In this document: positions 55,411-64,000 of the stretch, piece by piece
How the letters are laid out: each line of letters begins with the position of its first letter
How positions within the stretch are numbered: position 1 is the stretch's first letter
Origin: an uncultured Alcaligenaceae bacterium
Lineage (GTDB): Bacteria > Pseudomonadota > Gammaproteobacteria > Burkholderiales > Burkholderiaceae_B
Reading direction: 5' to 3'
NCBI GenBank assembly: GCA_937908115.1
Contig: CALEQZ010000041.1
Coordinates: 73,544 to 137,543 of the forward strand
DNA: 64,000 bases
The notes under the pieces: generated by a model
Told to the model about the DNA's origin: nothing
The model's database searches: none
The model's input: the letters and a program-made list of their open reading frames with translations, nothing else
Position numbers and translations under genes: made by a program

Positions 55411-57006
55411 ATGGAGACATACGACTACGTCATCGTCGGCGCCGGTTCGGCCGGCTGCGTATTGGCCAACCGCTTGAGCGCCGATCCTTCCACCAGCGTC
55501 CTGCTGCTGGAGGCAGGCGGCCCGGACAACTATCACTGGATACACATCCCGGTCGGCTACCTTTATTGCATCGGCAACCCGCGCACCGACTGGATGTACC
55601 GTACCCAGCCCGAGCCCGGCCTGGGTGGGCGGTCCATCATCTATCCGCGCGGGCGCACGCTGGGCGGCTGCTCTTCGATCAACGGCATGATCTACATGCG
55701 CGGCCAGCGCGAGGACTACGACGAGTGGGCCAGGCTCAGCGGCGACGACGGCTGGCGCTGGGACGCCGTGCTGCCGTATTTCAAGCGCAGTGAGGACTAC
55801 CACCGCGGCGCCGACGACATGCATGGCGCAGGCGGCGAATGGCGCGTCGAATCGCAGCGGCTGCGTTGGGACATCCTGGAGGCCTTCGCGCAGGCGGCAG
55901 CCGAAACCGGCATCCCGCGTGTGCAGGACTTCAACCGGGGCAATAACTTCGGCGTCGGCTACTTCGAAGTCAACCAAAAGTCGGGCTGGCGCTGGAACAC
56001 TTCGCGCGCCTTCCTGCGCCCGGTGCGCAAGCGGCCCAACCTGCGCGTGGCCACGGGTGCGCACGTCGAGCGCTTGCTGTTCGACGGGACGCGTTGCGTC
56101 GGGGTGCGGCTGCGCGATGGCCGCGAAATGCGTGCCCGGCGCGAAGTCGCGCTGTGCGCCGGGGCGGTCAACACGCCGCAGTTGCTGGAGCTGTCCGGCA
56201 TCGGCGAGCCGGCGCAGCTGCGCGAGGCGGGCATCGAGGTTCGGCATGCGCTGCCCGGGGTGGGCGAAAACCTGCAGGATCACCTGCAGCTGCGCGTCGT
56301 GGTCAAGGTCTCGGGTGTACGCACGCTTAACCGCATCGCCTCGTCCTGGCTGGGCCGCATCGGCATTGGCCTGGAATACCTGTTGCGCCGCACAGGCCCG
56401 ATGAGCATGGCGCCATCGCAGCTTGGCGTATTTGCCATGTCGGACCCGTCGCAGGCGCGACCCAACGTCGAGTTCCACGTCCAGCCGCTGTCGCTCGGGG
56501 CCTTCGGCGAGCCGCTGCATACTTTCGACGCCTTCACCGCCAGCGTCTGCAACCTGCGGCCCACCTCGCGGGGCAGCGTACACATCCAAAGCGCCGACGC
56601 CGCCGATGCGCCGGTGATCGCGCCCAACTACCTCAGTACGCCGGAAGACAAAAAAGTCGCCGCCGACTCCATACGGCTGGCCCGGCGCATCATCGGCGCC
56701 CCGGCGCTGCAAGAGTACCAGCCGCAGGAATGGCTGCCCGGCCCGGAGGTCCAGTCCGAGGAGGCGCTCATCGAAGCCGCCGGAAAGATAGGTACGACCA
56801 TCTTCCACCCGGTCGGCACCTGCGCGATGGGCACCGACCCGGATGCCGGCGCGGTGGTCGACGCGCAGCTGCGGGTGCACGGCCTGCAGGGCCTGCGGGT
56901 GGTCGACGCCTCCGTCATGCCGGTCATTACGTCCGGCAACACCAACTCGCCCACCATCATGATCGCCGAGCGGGCCGCCGATCTCATGCGCCAATCCGCC
57001 GCCTGA
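55411..57006 (+). CDS. GMC-family FAD-dependent oxidoreductase (choline dehydrogenase-like)
   Basis: In-frame ATG within ORF 55315..57006. It has the FAD fold YDYVIVGAGSAGCVLANRLS, GMC signature 1 region GGCSSINGMIY, and a C-terminal HPVGTCAMG. Confidence 0.92.
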   Translation: METYDYVIVGAGSAGCVLANRLSADPSTSVLLLEAGGPDNYHWIHIPVGYLYCIGNPRTDWMYRTQPEPGLGGRSIIYPRGRTLGGCSSINGMIYMRGQREDYDEWARLSGDDGWRWDAVLPYFKRSEDYHRGADDMHGAGGEWRVESQRLRWDILEAFAQAAAETGIPRVQDFNRGNNFGVGYFEVNQKSGWRWNTSRAFLRPVRKRPNLRVATGAHVERLLFDGTRCVGVRLRDGREMRARREVALCAGAVNTPQLLELSGIGEPAQLREAGIEVRHALPGVGENLQDHLQLRVVVKVSGVRTLNRIASSWLGRIGIGLEYLLRRTGPMSMAPSQLGVFAMSDPSQARPNVEFHVQPLSLGAFGEPLHTFDAFTASVCNLRPTSRGSVHIQSADAADAPVIAPNYLSTPEDKKVAADSIRLARRIIGAPALQEYQPQEWLPGPEVQSEEALIEAAGKIGTTIFHPVGTCAMGTDPDAGAVVDAQLRVHGLQGLRVVDASVMPVITSGNTNSPTIMIAERAADLMRQSAA

Positions 57007-57110
57007 CCCACCCTCCCGGCGCGGCATGGCCGCCGTGCGCCGGCACGCCGCTTGCTGCACGGCCGCCGCGCCCGGCAATCCGTCCGGGCGCGCCTATCGG
57101 GAGGTTAGTC

Positions 57111-58013
57111 ATGTTTGCACACAATAAACGCCTGCAGTACACGGTCCGGGTCGGGCAATGCAACCCCGGGCTGGCCAATCTGTTGCTGGAACAGTTCGGC
57201 GGGCCGCAGGGAGAATTGGCCGCAGCGTGTAGATATTTCACGCAGGCCATCGCCGAAGACGATCCCGGCCGCAAGGACATGCTCTTTGACATCGCCACCG
57301 AAGAGCTCAGCCACCTGGAGGTAATCGGCACCCTGGTCGCCATGCTCAACAAGGGTGCCAAGGGGGAACTGGCCGAGGCGACCCTGGCCGAAGCCGACCT
57401 CTACCGCAGCCTGCAAGGCGCAGGCAACGACTCGCATGTCACGCAGATCCTTTACGGCGGCGGCCCCGCGCTGATCAATTCCGGCGGCCAGCTCTGGAAC
57501 GCCGGATATATCGACACCATCGGCGACCCGTCGGCGGACCTGCGCTCGAACATTGCCGCCGAGGCGCGAGCCAAGATCGTCTACGAGCGCCTGATCAACG
57601 TGACCGACGATCCGGGCGTGAAGGAAGCGCTGGGCTTTCTCATGACGCGCGAGATCGCGCACCAGCGCTCCTTCGAAAAGGCGCTGTATTCCATGCAGCC
57701 CAATTTCCCGCCGGGCAAGCTGCCGGGCGATCCACGCTTTGCCAGCGTGTACTTCGACATGTCACAGAGCGACGATCCGCAGGACGAGTTGCGCGGGCCG
57801 TGGAACAGCGACGCCAACTTCGAGGTGGTGTCCGAGCGCAGCCAGCAATGCGCCGTCGACGGCGGCGACGGCAACGCCACGGTCAAGCTCGACGCCAAGC
57901 AGAAAAAGGCCTTGCAGGCGCTGGTGTCGCGCACGGCTTCCGACCCGGAGTCCGACCCCGTCACCGGCGCCGAACTGGGCAGCGGCGAAGCCTTCGACCC
58001 CGAGGACCGCTAG
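57111..58013 (+). CDS. manganese catalase family protein
   Basis: In-frame ATG within ORF 56730..58013, preceded by GGGAGG. It has LLEQFGGPQGELAAACRYFTQA, IATEELSHLEVIG and REIAHQRSFEKAL, which are di-Mn ligand contexts. Confidence 0.9.
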   Translation: MFAHNKRLQYTVRVGQCNPGLANLLLEQFGGPQGELAAACRYFTQAIAEDDPGRKDMLFDIATEELSHLEVIGTLVAMLNKGAKGELAEATLAEADLYRSLQGAGNDSHVTQILYGGGPALINSGGQLWNAGYIDTIGDPSADLRSNIAAEARAKIVYERLINVTDDPGVKEALGFLMTREIAHQRSFEKALYSMQPNFPPGKLPGDPRFASVYFDMSQSDDPQDELRGPWNSDANFEVVSERSQQCAVDGGDGNATVKLDAKQKKALQALVSRTASDPESDPVTGAELGSGEAFDPEDR

Positions 58014-58149
58014 GCGCGACCCGGCCAAAGCAAAACAAAATTTCTTTCTGAACAAGAGGGAATGAAGTCTTTGCGCGTATCGGCATGCCAATAATGGGGC
58101 CGCGGCCGGTCTACGGCCGGCCCCACTATACCGATACGAGGAGACTTCG

Positions 58150-59157
58150 ATGGATGCATTCCTTTCCCGGGCGCGGCGGCGCCTGCTGGCAGGCGGCATG
58201 GCGCTGGGCCTGGCCGGTGCCCTCGGCCCCTGCTTGGCGGCGGCCGCCGCCGACTATCCAACCAAGTCCCTGCGCATGGTCATCCCGTATCCGCCGGGCG
58301 GCGCCACCGACGTGGTCGGGCGGGTGATGGCCGAAGCCCTTTCGGCTGAGCTGGGACAACAAGTCGTCGTCGAAAACCGGGGCGGTGCCGGCGGCAACGT
58401 GGGCGCCGATGCGGTGGCGCGCGCCGAGCCGGATGGCTACACGGTGCTGATGGGGGCAATCACCTCGCACTCCATCATGGCCACGCTGGAAAAAGACCGC
58501 ATTTCCTACAAGCTGCTCGAAGACCTGACGCCGGTGTCGACCATCGCCGCGGTGCCGCTGGTCTTCGTGGTCAACCCCAAGCTGCCCATCCACTCGCTCA
58601 AGGATCTCATCGAGTACGCCCGCGCCCACCCAGGCGAGCTGACCTACGCATCGTCGGGCGCCGGCGCGCCGCAGCGCATGGCTGCCGAGCTCTTCAAGCG
58701 CCAGGCCGGGGTGGACATGCTGCACGTGCCGTATCGCGGCAGCGGCCCGGCCATGACCGACCTGGTGGGCGGCCAGGTGCTGACCATGGTCGAGACCGTC
58801 CCCGCTTCGCTGTCCTTCATCAAGGCGGGCAAGCTGCGCGCGCTGGCGGTGACCACGCCCGAGCGCATCTCCATGCTGCCCGACATGCCCACCGCGGCCG
58901 AAGCCGGCCTGCCGGGCTTCGAAGTGGCGTCCATGTTCGGGTTGTTGGTCCCGGCCGGCACGCCCGCGCCCATCGTGCAACGGCTCAACACGGCTACCTC
59001 GGCGGCCCTGCAGAAGCCGGAAGTCAAGGAAAAGCTGCTGCAGCAGGGCGCCTACGCGGTGGCCCCGCACTCGCCGGAGGATGCGGCCAAGCGGCTGCGC
59101 GCCGAGGTCGAGAAATGGGCGCAGGTCATCCAGGATGCAAAGATCACCGCCGATTAG
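58150..59157 (+). CDS. Bug/TctC-family periplasmic solute receptor (copy 7)
   Basis: It has a signal peptide, DYPTKSLRMVIPYPPGGATDVVGR, and YASSGAGAPQRM. Confidence 0.9.
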   Translation: MDAFLSRARRRLLAGGMALGLAGALGPCLAAAAADYPTKSLRMVIPYPPGGATDVVGRVMAEALSAELGQQVVVENRGGAGGNVGADAVARAEPDGYTVLMGAITSHSIMATLEKDRISYKLLEDLTPVSTIAAVPLVFVVNPKLPIHSLKDLIEYARAHPGELTYASSGAGAPQRMAAELFKRQAGVDMLHVPYRGSGPAMTDLVGGQVLTMVETVPASLSFIKAGKLRALAVTTPERISMLPDMPTAAEAGLPGFEVASMFGLLVPAGTPAPIVQRLNTATSAALQKPEVKEKLLQQGAYAVAPHSPEDAAKRLRAEVEKWAQVIQDAKITAD

Positions 59158-59203
59158 TCGCGTATCCTTCCCTTCGCTTCAACAACAGCCCGGCAAGACA
59201 TTC

Positions 59204-60985
59204 ATGGCAGATCCCAAGAAACCCGCCGGCCGGCCGGCCGGATCCGACGCGCCCGGCGGCATGCGCCGGGGCCTGACCAGCTACGGCGACAGTGGATTTT
59301 CGCTGTTCCTGCGCAAGGCCTTCATCAAGGGCGCGGGCCTGACCGACGACGCGCTGGACCGGCCCATCATCGGTATCGCCAACACCGGCAGCGGCTACAA
59401 CCCCTGCCACGGCAACATGCCGCAGCTGGTCGAGGCGGTGCGCCGCGGCGTCATGCTGGCCGGGGGCCTGCCGGTGGAGTTTCCGACGATCTCCGTGCAT
59501 GAAAGCTTCGCCGCACCCACCAGCATGTTCCTGCGCAACCTCATGTCCATGGACACCGAAGAGATGATCCGCGCCCAGCCGATGGACGCGGTGGTGCTCA
59601 TCGGCGGCTGCGACAAGACGGTACCCGCGCAGTTGATGGCGGCGGCCAGCGCCAACGTGCCGGCCATCCAGCTGGTGACCGGTTCGATGCTGACCGGCGC
59701 GCACCGGGGCGAGCGCGTCGGCGCCTGCACCGATTGCCGCCGCTTCTGGGCGCGCTATCGCGCCGACGAGATCGACGACCAGGAAATCGCCGAGGTCAAC
59801 GACAAACTGGTCGCCAGCGTCGGCACCTGTTCGGTCATGGGTACGGCCAGCACCATGGCGTGCATCGCCGAGGCGTTGGGCATGTCGGTGCCGGGCGCGG
59901 CCTCCCCGCCGGCGGTCACTGCCGACCGCATGCGCATCGCTGAACAAACCGGCGCGGCCGCCGTGCGCATGATCGCCCAGGGCCTCACCCCGCACCGCAT
60001 CCTCACGCCCAAGGCGTTCGAAAACGCCTTGCGCGTGCTGTTGGCCATAGGCGGATCGACCAACGGCATCGTCCACCTGACCGCCATCGCCGGGCGCCTG
60101 GGCATACGCGTGGACCTGGAAGCGTTCGATCGCATCGGCCGCGAAACCCCCGTGCTGGTGGACTTGAAGCCATCGGGCCAGCACTACATGGAAGACTTCC
60201 ACAAGGCCGGGGGCGTGCGCGCGCTGCTGCGCGAGCTGCGCCCCTTGCTGCACCTGGACGCGCTGACCGTCACCGGCCGCACCTTGGGCGAGGAACTCGA
60301 CGCCGCCGGGCCGCCCTTCCAGCAGGACGTCATCCGGCCGTTCGACCGGCCCGTCTACGCCCAGGGCGGCATCGCAGTGCTGCGCGGCAACCTCGCGCCG
60401 GGCGGGGCCATCATCAAGCAATCGGCCGCCACGCCCGCGCTGATGGAGCACGAGGGCAGGGCAGTGGTCTTCGAAGACCTCGAAGACCTGGCCGCCCGCG
60501 TGGACGACCCGGACCTGGACATCACCGCCGACGACATCATGGTGCTCAAGCACATCGGGCCGCGGGGCGCGCCCGGCATGCCCGAGGCCGGCTACATGCC
60601 GATCCCGCGCAAGCTGGCGCGCGCCGGGGTCAAGGACATGGTGCGCATTTCCGACGGCCGCATGAGCGGCACCGCGTCCGGCACCATCGTCTTGCACGTC
60701 ACGCCCGAGTCCGCGGCTGGCGGTCCGCTGGCGCTGGTGCGCACCGGCGACCGCATCCGGCTGAGCGTGTCCGGGCGCCGGCTGGACCTGCTCGTGGACG
60801 ACGCCGAGCTGGCCCGCCGCGCCCAGGCGTGGAAGCCGGCGCCGCCGCGCCAGGAGGACGAGCGCGGCTACCGCAAGCTATTCCTGCAAAGCGTGACCCA
60901 GGCCGACCAGGGCTGTGATTTCGACTTCCTGCGCCATCCCCGCGAGCAGGGCAGCACGCCGGTCGGCAAGCCCGGCAAGGGCTAG
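59204..60985 (+). CDS. IlvD/Edd-family dehydratase (sugar-acid dehydratase-like)
   Basis: In-frame ATG within ORF 59081..60985, 593 aa. Supporting motifs are PIIGIANTGSGYNPCHGN, LIGGCDKTVPA, TCSVMGTASTM and SDGRMSGTASG. Confidence 0.92.
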   Translation: MADPKKPAGRPAGSDAPGGMRRGLTSYGDSGFSLFLRKAFIKGAGLTDDALDRPIIGIANTGSGYNPCHGNMPQLVEAVRRGVMLAGGLPVEFPTISVHESFAAPTSMFLRNLMSMDTEEMIRAQPMDAVVLIGGCDKTVPAQLMAAASANVPAIQLVTGSMLTGAHRGERVGACTDCRRFWARYRADEIDDQEIAEVNDKLVASVGTCSVMGTASTMACIAEALGMSVPGAASPPAVTADRMRIAEQTGAAAVRMIAQGLTPHRILTPKAFENALRVLLAIGGSTNGIVHLTAIAGRLGIRVDLEAFDRIGRETPVLVDLKPSGQHYMEDFHKAGGVRALLRELRPLLHLDALTVTGRTLGEELDAAGPPFQQDVIRPFDRPVYAQGGIAVLRGNLAPGGAIIKQSAATPALMEHEGRAVVFEDLEDLAARVDDPDLDITADDIMVLKHIGPRGAPGMPEAGYMPIPRKLARAGVKDMVRISDGRMSGTASGTIVLHVTPESAAGGPLALVRTGDRIRLSVSGRRLDLLVDDAELARRAQAWKPAPPRQEDERGYRKLFLQSVTQADQGCDFDFLRHPREQGSTPVGKPGKG

Positions 60986-60988
60986 CCG

Positions 60989-61894
60989 CTAGCGCCGGTC
61001 TGCCGCCGCGTCTTTGCCCGCGGCGGCGGGAAACACCTTCTGCGCCTCTTCCAGGAAGGTGCGCGCCAACAGCGCCCGCGGGCCGTGCGTCTGCCAGACC
61101 AGGCCGATGCGCCGCACCGGCGCTCGCCCCGGCAGCGGAATGCGCGCCAGCGCGTAATTGGCCGACCACATGGACGACCAATCCGGCAGCAACGCCACGC
61201 CCAGGCCTTGGTCGACCAGCGCGGCAATCGCCATCAATCCGTCGATTTCCAGGCGTTGCTGCGGCACGATGCCGTGGTCGCGCAGGTAGCGGTCGGCCAG
61301 CTGGCCGCCCAGCACCGACCGGTCATAGCGGATGAAAGGCTGGGTGCGCAGCAGCTCGTGGGCGTCGCGCCCCTGCATCGAAAGCGGCGCAACCACCACC
61401 AGCGGTTCCTCCATGATGGCTTGCCACGAACACGTCTTGGCGATGGCGAACTGGGGCTCGACCACGATGGCTGCATCGAGCTCGCCCACGCCCACGCGCC
61501 GGCACAGGTCGACCGACGCGCCGGGCATCACGAATACCGACAATTGCGGATAGCGCTCGTAGACCCGCTTGAGCACCGGCGGCAGCACGCTGGTCATGGC
61601 CGACACGAACACCCCCAGGCGCAGCTCGCCGAAGGGCATATCGTCGCTGGCCAGCGCCGCCAGGTCGCGCGCATCGCGCAGCAGCGCGCGCGCCCGGTCC
61701 AGGATGCGCATGCCTGCGTCGGTGGGCCGCACCGACCGGCCGGCGCGCTTGACCAGCGACAAACCCAGGGTCTGTTCCAGCGCCTTGACGCGCGCGGCCA
61801 CCGCCGTCGGCGTCAAGTCCAGCCGCCGCGCGGCCTGCGCGTACGAGCCGCTTTCGACGACGGTGACGAAGCTTTGCAGGTAGCGGACATCCAT
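60989..61894 (-). CDS. LysR-family transcriptional regulator
   Basis: It has the HTH MDVRYLQSFVTVVESGSYAQAARRLDLTPTAVAARVKALEQTLG. Confidence 0.92.
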   Translation of the reverse strand: MDVRYLQSFVTVVESGSYAQAARRLDLTPTAVAARVKALEQTLGLSLVKRAGRSVRPTDAGMRILDRARALLRDARDLAALASDDMPFGELRLGVFVSAMTSVLPPVLKRVYERYPQLSVFVMPGASVDLCRRVGVGELDAAIVVEPQFAIAKTCSWQAIMEEPLVVVAPLSMQGRDAHELLRTQPFIRYDRSVLGGQLADRYLRDHGIVPQQRLEIDGLMAIAALVDQGLGVALLPDWSSMWSANYALARIPLPGRAPVRRIGLVWQTHGPRALLARTFLEEAQKVFPAAAGKDAAADRR

Positions 61895-62007
61895 GGCCTG
61901 GCCTGTTGCGGAAGAACGCCGGACGCGCCGTCCGGGCCGGCCGGGGCGTTCACGGACAGGCCGACACTATGGCCGCAAAAGGCCGGGCGGTCAAAGCCGG
62001 CTGTCGG

Positions 62008-63303
62008 TCAGTCGCCAGCAGCGGGCGCTGCAGGCATGCGGCCGGGCAGCGGGCGCACCGGCACCAAATAGCTGGCATCGAGCTGCTGCAGCGAAGACAA
62101 GCCCAGCATGCCCATGTCCCGGTCGATTTCCTGGCGCAGCAGCGAGATGGCGTGGTCCACGCCGGCGGGCCCGGCTACGGCGGCCGCGTAGTTGAAAGGA
62201 CGGCCGATGAACACGCACTGCGCGCCCAGCGCCAGCGCCTTGGCCACGTGCGTGCCGCGGCGCACGCCGCTATCCATCATGACCGTCATGCCGCGCGCGG
62301 CCTCGGCGATCTCGGGCAGTACGTGCACGGGCGAGGCCGCGCCGTCGAGCTGGCGCCCGCCGTGGTTGGAAACGATGATGCCATCCATGCCGTGCCGGCG
62401 CGCGATCGCCGCGTCGCGCGCGTCCAGGATGCCCTTGATGATCATCGGCCCGTCCCAGCGGCGCCGGATCTTGGCGATGTGCTCCCAGTTCAAGTAGGCC
62501 CGCTCCGAAAGGTCGCGCAGCACCTTGGACGACAGAATGGGCGCGCCGCGCGTGGCGTAGTTGTTCTCGAAATGCGGCATCCCGTGGCGCACCAGCGTGC
62601 GCAGGAAGGTGCCGACCAGCCAGCGCGGATGCGACAGACCGTCCCAGGCCAGCCGCAGGCTGGGGCGCAGCGGCGTGGAAAACCCCGCGCGCACGTTGTT
62701 TTCGCGATTGGCGCTGACCGGCGTGTCCACCGTGATCACCAGCGTCTGTACGCCGGCGCGCGCCACGCGGTCGATCAGTGCATCGATCTGCGCCGGGTCG
62801 CCCGGCAGGTATGCCTGGAACCACGTCCCGGGGGCGCGTTCCATGACCTCTTCCAGGCGGATCAGCGACGATCCGCTCATGATGGCTGGGATGCCGGCGC
62901 GTTGCGCGGCCTCGGCCAGCACGATGTCGCCGCGGTATGCGGTCAGTGCGCTCAGGCCCATGGGCGCCAGCCCGAACGGGCTGCTGTACCGCTTGCCGAA
63001 CAGTGTCACGCTCTGGTCGCGGGCGACGGCCCCGGTCAGCACCCGCGGCTTGAAGCCGTAGGCGTCGAAAGCTTCGCGGTTGTCGCGCGCGGATAGGTGG
63101 TCCTCCACCGCGCCCGACACATAGCCAAAAATGGGCCGCGGCAGGCGGCGGCGCGCATGCGCCTCGAAATCAGCCAGCGACAGCACCTTGCGCAGCAGGC
63201 GCGGCGCCGGACGCGCGCCCTGGGCCGCTTGCGGCACGGCGCCGGGAACAGTGGCGGGGTCGGATATACGGGCGGACGAATCAGGTTGCGGTATTACGGC
63301 CAT
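62008..63303 (-). CDS. FMN-dependent alpha-hydroxy acid dehydrogenase/oxidase (L-lactate/mandelate dehydrogenase family)
   Basis: Internal ATG of ORF 62008..63381. Supporting motifs are SPFGLAPMG, GIIVSNHGGRQLD and GAQCVFIGRP. The N-terminal region is long and the exact start is uncertain. Confidence 0.85.
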   Translation of the reverse strand: MAVIPQPDSSARISDPATVPGAVPQAAQGARPAPRLLRKVLSLADFEAHARRRLPRPIFGYVSGAVEDHLSARDNREAFDAYGFKPRVLTGAVARDQSVTLFGKRYSSPFGLAPMGLSALTAYRGDIVLAEAAQRAGIPAIMSGSSLIRLEEVMERAPGTWFQAYLPGDPAQIDALIDRVARAGVQTLVITVDTPVSANRENNVRAGFSTPLRPSLRLAWDGLSHPRWLVGTFLRTLVRHGMPHFENNYATRGAPILSSKVLRDLSERAYLNWEHIAKIRRRWDGPMIIKGILDARDAAIARRHGMDGIIVSNHGGRQLDGAASPVHVLPEIAEAARGMTVMMDSGVRRGTHVAKALALGAQCVFIGRPFNYAAAVAGPAGVDHAISLLRQEIDRDMGMLGLSSLQQLDASYLVPVRPLPGRMPAAPAAGD

Positions 63304-63566
63304 CGCACGGACACAGGGAAAAGCCAGGCTTGCAACTCTAGCGAGTCTGGCGGGTGGAATAAAGCGACAAGACTTCACCAAGTTCGATCGCTTTTATCGA
63401 AGATGTTGCGCGCCGCCATGGCGGCATGCGGCCTTACGGCTGCGTTCGCCGGATCCGGCGCGCCAGCGCAACACTTGCGCGAGGCGGCCACGGCCGTTTC
63501 CGCCCGGAGTGTGGTCACTACAATGCACGCATCGCGGGGCGTGCCGCCCCGGGGGTGGAAAATCTG

Positions 63567-64000
63567 ATGCGCAAAAGCATGTCCGGCATGCCTGGCGGGT
63601 GGCGCGCGACGCTGGCCGTGGCCTGCGCTGCGGCCCTCGGCCTGGCGGCCGCAGCTGGGCAGGCGCAGGTGCTGCGCGTGGGCGTGCGCGAGGCGCCCGG
63701 CCCGTTGGACCCGTTGCGCGCCGGCACGCTGTCGGCGCGCATGGTCTTGGCGTCGCTGTGCGAGCGGCTGGTCGAAATCGACCCGCAGCTGCGCATCGTG
63801 CCGGGCGTGGCGCAATCCTGGGAATGGAGCGCCGACGGCCGGAAACTGACTTTTTCCTTGCGTGCCGGCGCGCGATTCCACGACGGCGCGCCGCTCGACG
63901 CCGCGGCGGTCAAGGCCAACCTGGACCGCATGCGCCATGCGCCGGAAAGCGCGGCGCCTGGCCGGCTGCATGGCATTGCCGAGGTCGTCGCGCCGGGTCC
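63567..64000 (+). CDS. ABC transporter substrate-binding protein, family 5 (peptide/nickel type), 3' end outside window
   Basis: This reading frame is open to the window end and is not in the ORF track. It translates as MRKSMSGMPGGWRATLAVACAAALGLAAAAGQAQVLRVGVREAPGPLDPL...SWEWSADGRKLTFSLRAGARFHDG, with GGGGGTGGA upstream. Confidence 0.8.
   Translation, partial: MRKSMSGMPGGWRATLAVACAAALGLAAAAGQAQVLRVGVREAPGPLDPLRAGTLSARMVLASLCERLVEIDPQLRIVPGVAQSWEWSADGRKLTFSLRAGARFHDGAPLDAAAVKANLDRMRHAPESAAPGRLHGIAEVVAPG

Noticed and set aside
55228-57078. A 616-aa ORF antisense to the GMC oxidoreductase, and ORF 59144..60697 antisense to the IlvD/Edd gene.
   Set aside because: They are antisense to genes with clear signature motifs and have a low-complexity composition.
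63375-63976. Minus-strand ORFs 63375..63971 and 63518..63976.
   Set aside because: They are antisense to the open-ended family 5 substrate-binding protein gene, which has a clear signal peptide and family-typical sequence. The antisense translations are Arg/Ala-rich.
1-64000. A search for CRISPR arrays, IS elements, integrases, phage genes and rRNA.
   Set aside because: I saw no regularly spaced repeat arrays, no transposase- or integrase-like ORFs, and no rRNA-like sequence. The only repeats noticed are the short motifs reported above.

Overview
This is a visibly GC-rich betaproteobacterial chromosome segment. It looks Alcaligenaceae-like (Bordetella/Achromobacter style) because it carries seven Bug/TctC-type periplasmic receptors. 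Housekeeping genes (psd, pssA, rpsO, pnp, qor, tpiA, secG, nnr, three tRNA genes) are interleaved with many small catabolic or transport clusters. These are: (i) a TRAP transporter with two family I CoA-transferases, an HpcH aldolase, a MaoC dehydratase and a crotonase; (ii) an amide/peptide-hydrolase cluster (M20, MlrC/M81, amidase, CE4 deacetylase) next to a LIV-type ABC transporter; (iii) a long minus-strand operon with a LeuCD-like hydro-lyase and an ICL/PEP-mutase-family lyase; (iv) a second ICL/PEPM plus 2-hydroxyacid dehydrogenase cluster; (v) a GMC oxidoreductase, Mn-catalase and IlvD/Edd dehydratase cluster. Regulators seen are LysR (three, one decayed), LacI, GntR and RpiR. I saw no rRNA, CRISPR array, transposase, integrase or phage gene. 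The standout is a tRNA-Leu(UAA) gene on the minus strand (16907..17251) split by a 256-nt ORF-less group I intron at the classical U34/A35 anticodon position; the ORF track cannot show it. Secondary observations are a PIN-domain gene pair beside that tRNA, a decayed LysR gene with a small Cys-rich ORF next to tRNA-Ser, a single-polypeptide LivM-LivG-LivF fusion, an NtrC-like enhancer with a sigma-54-type promoter upstream of the LIV operon, and an AT-rich divergent control region with repeated GTTCTGT/ACAGAAC motifs. Most of the long ORFs in the track are antisense or alternate-frame artefacts of the high GC content.
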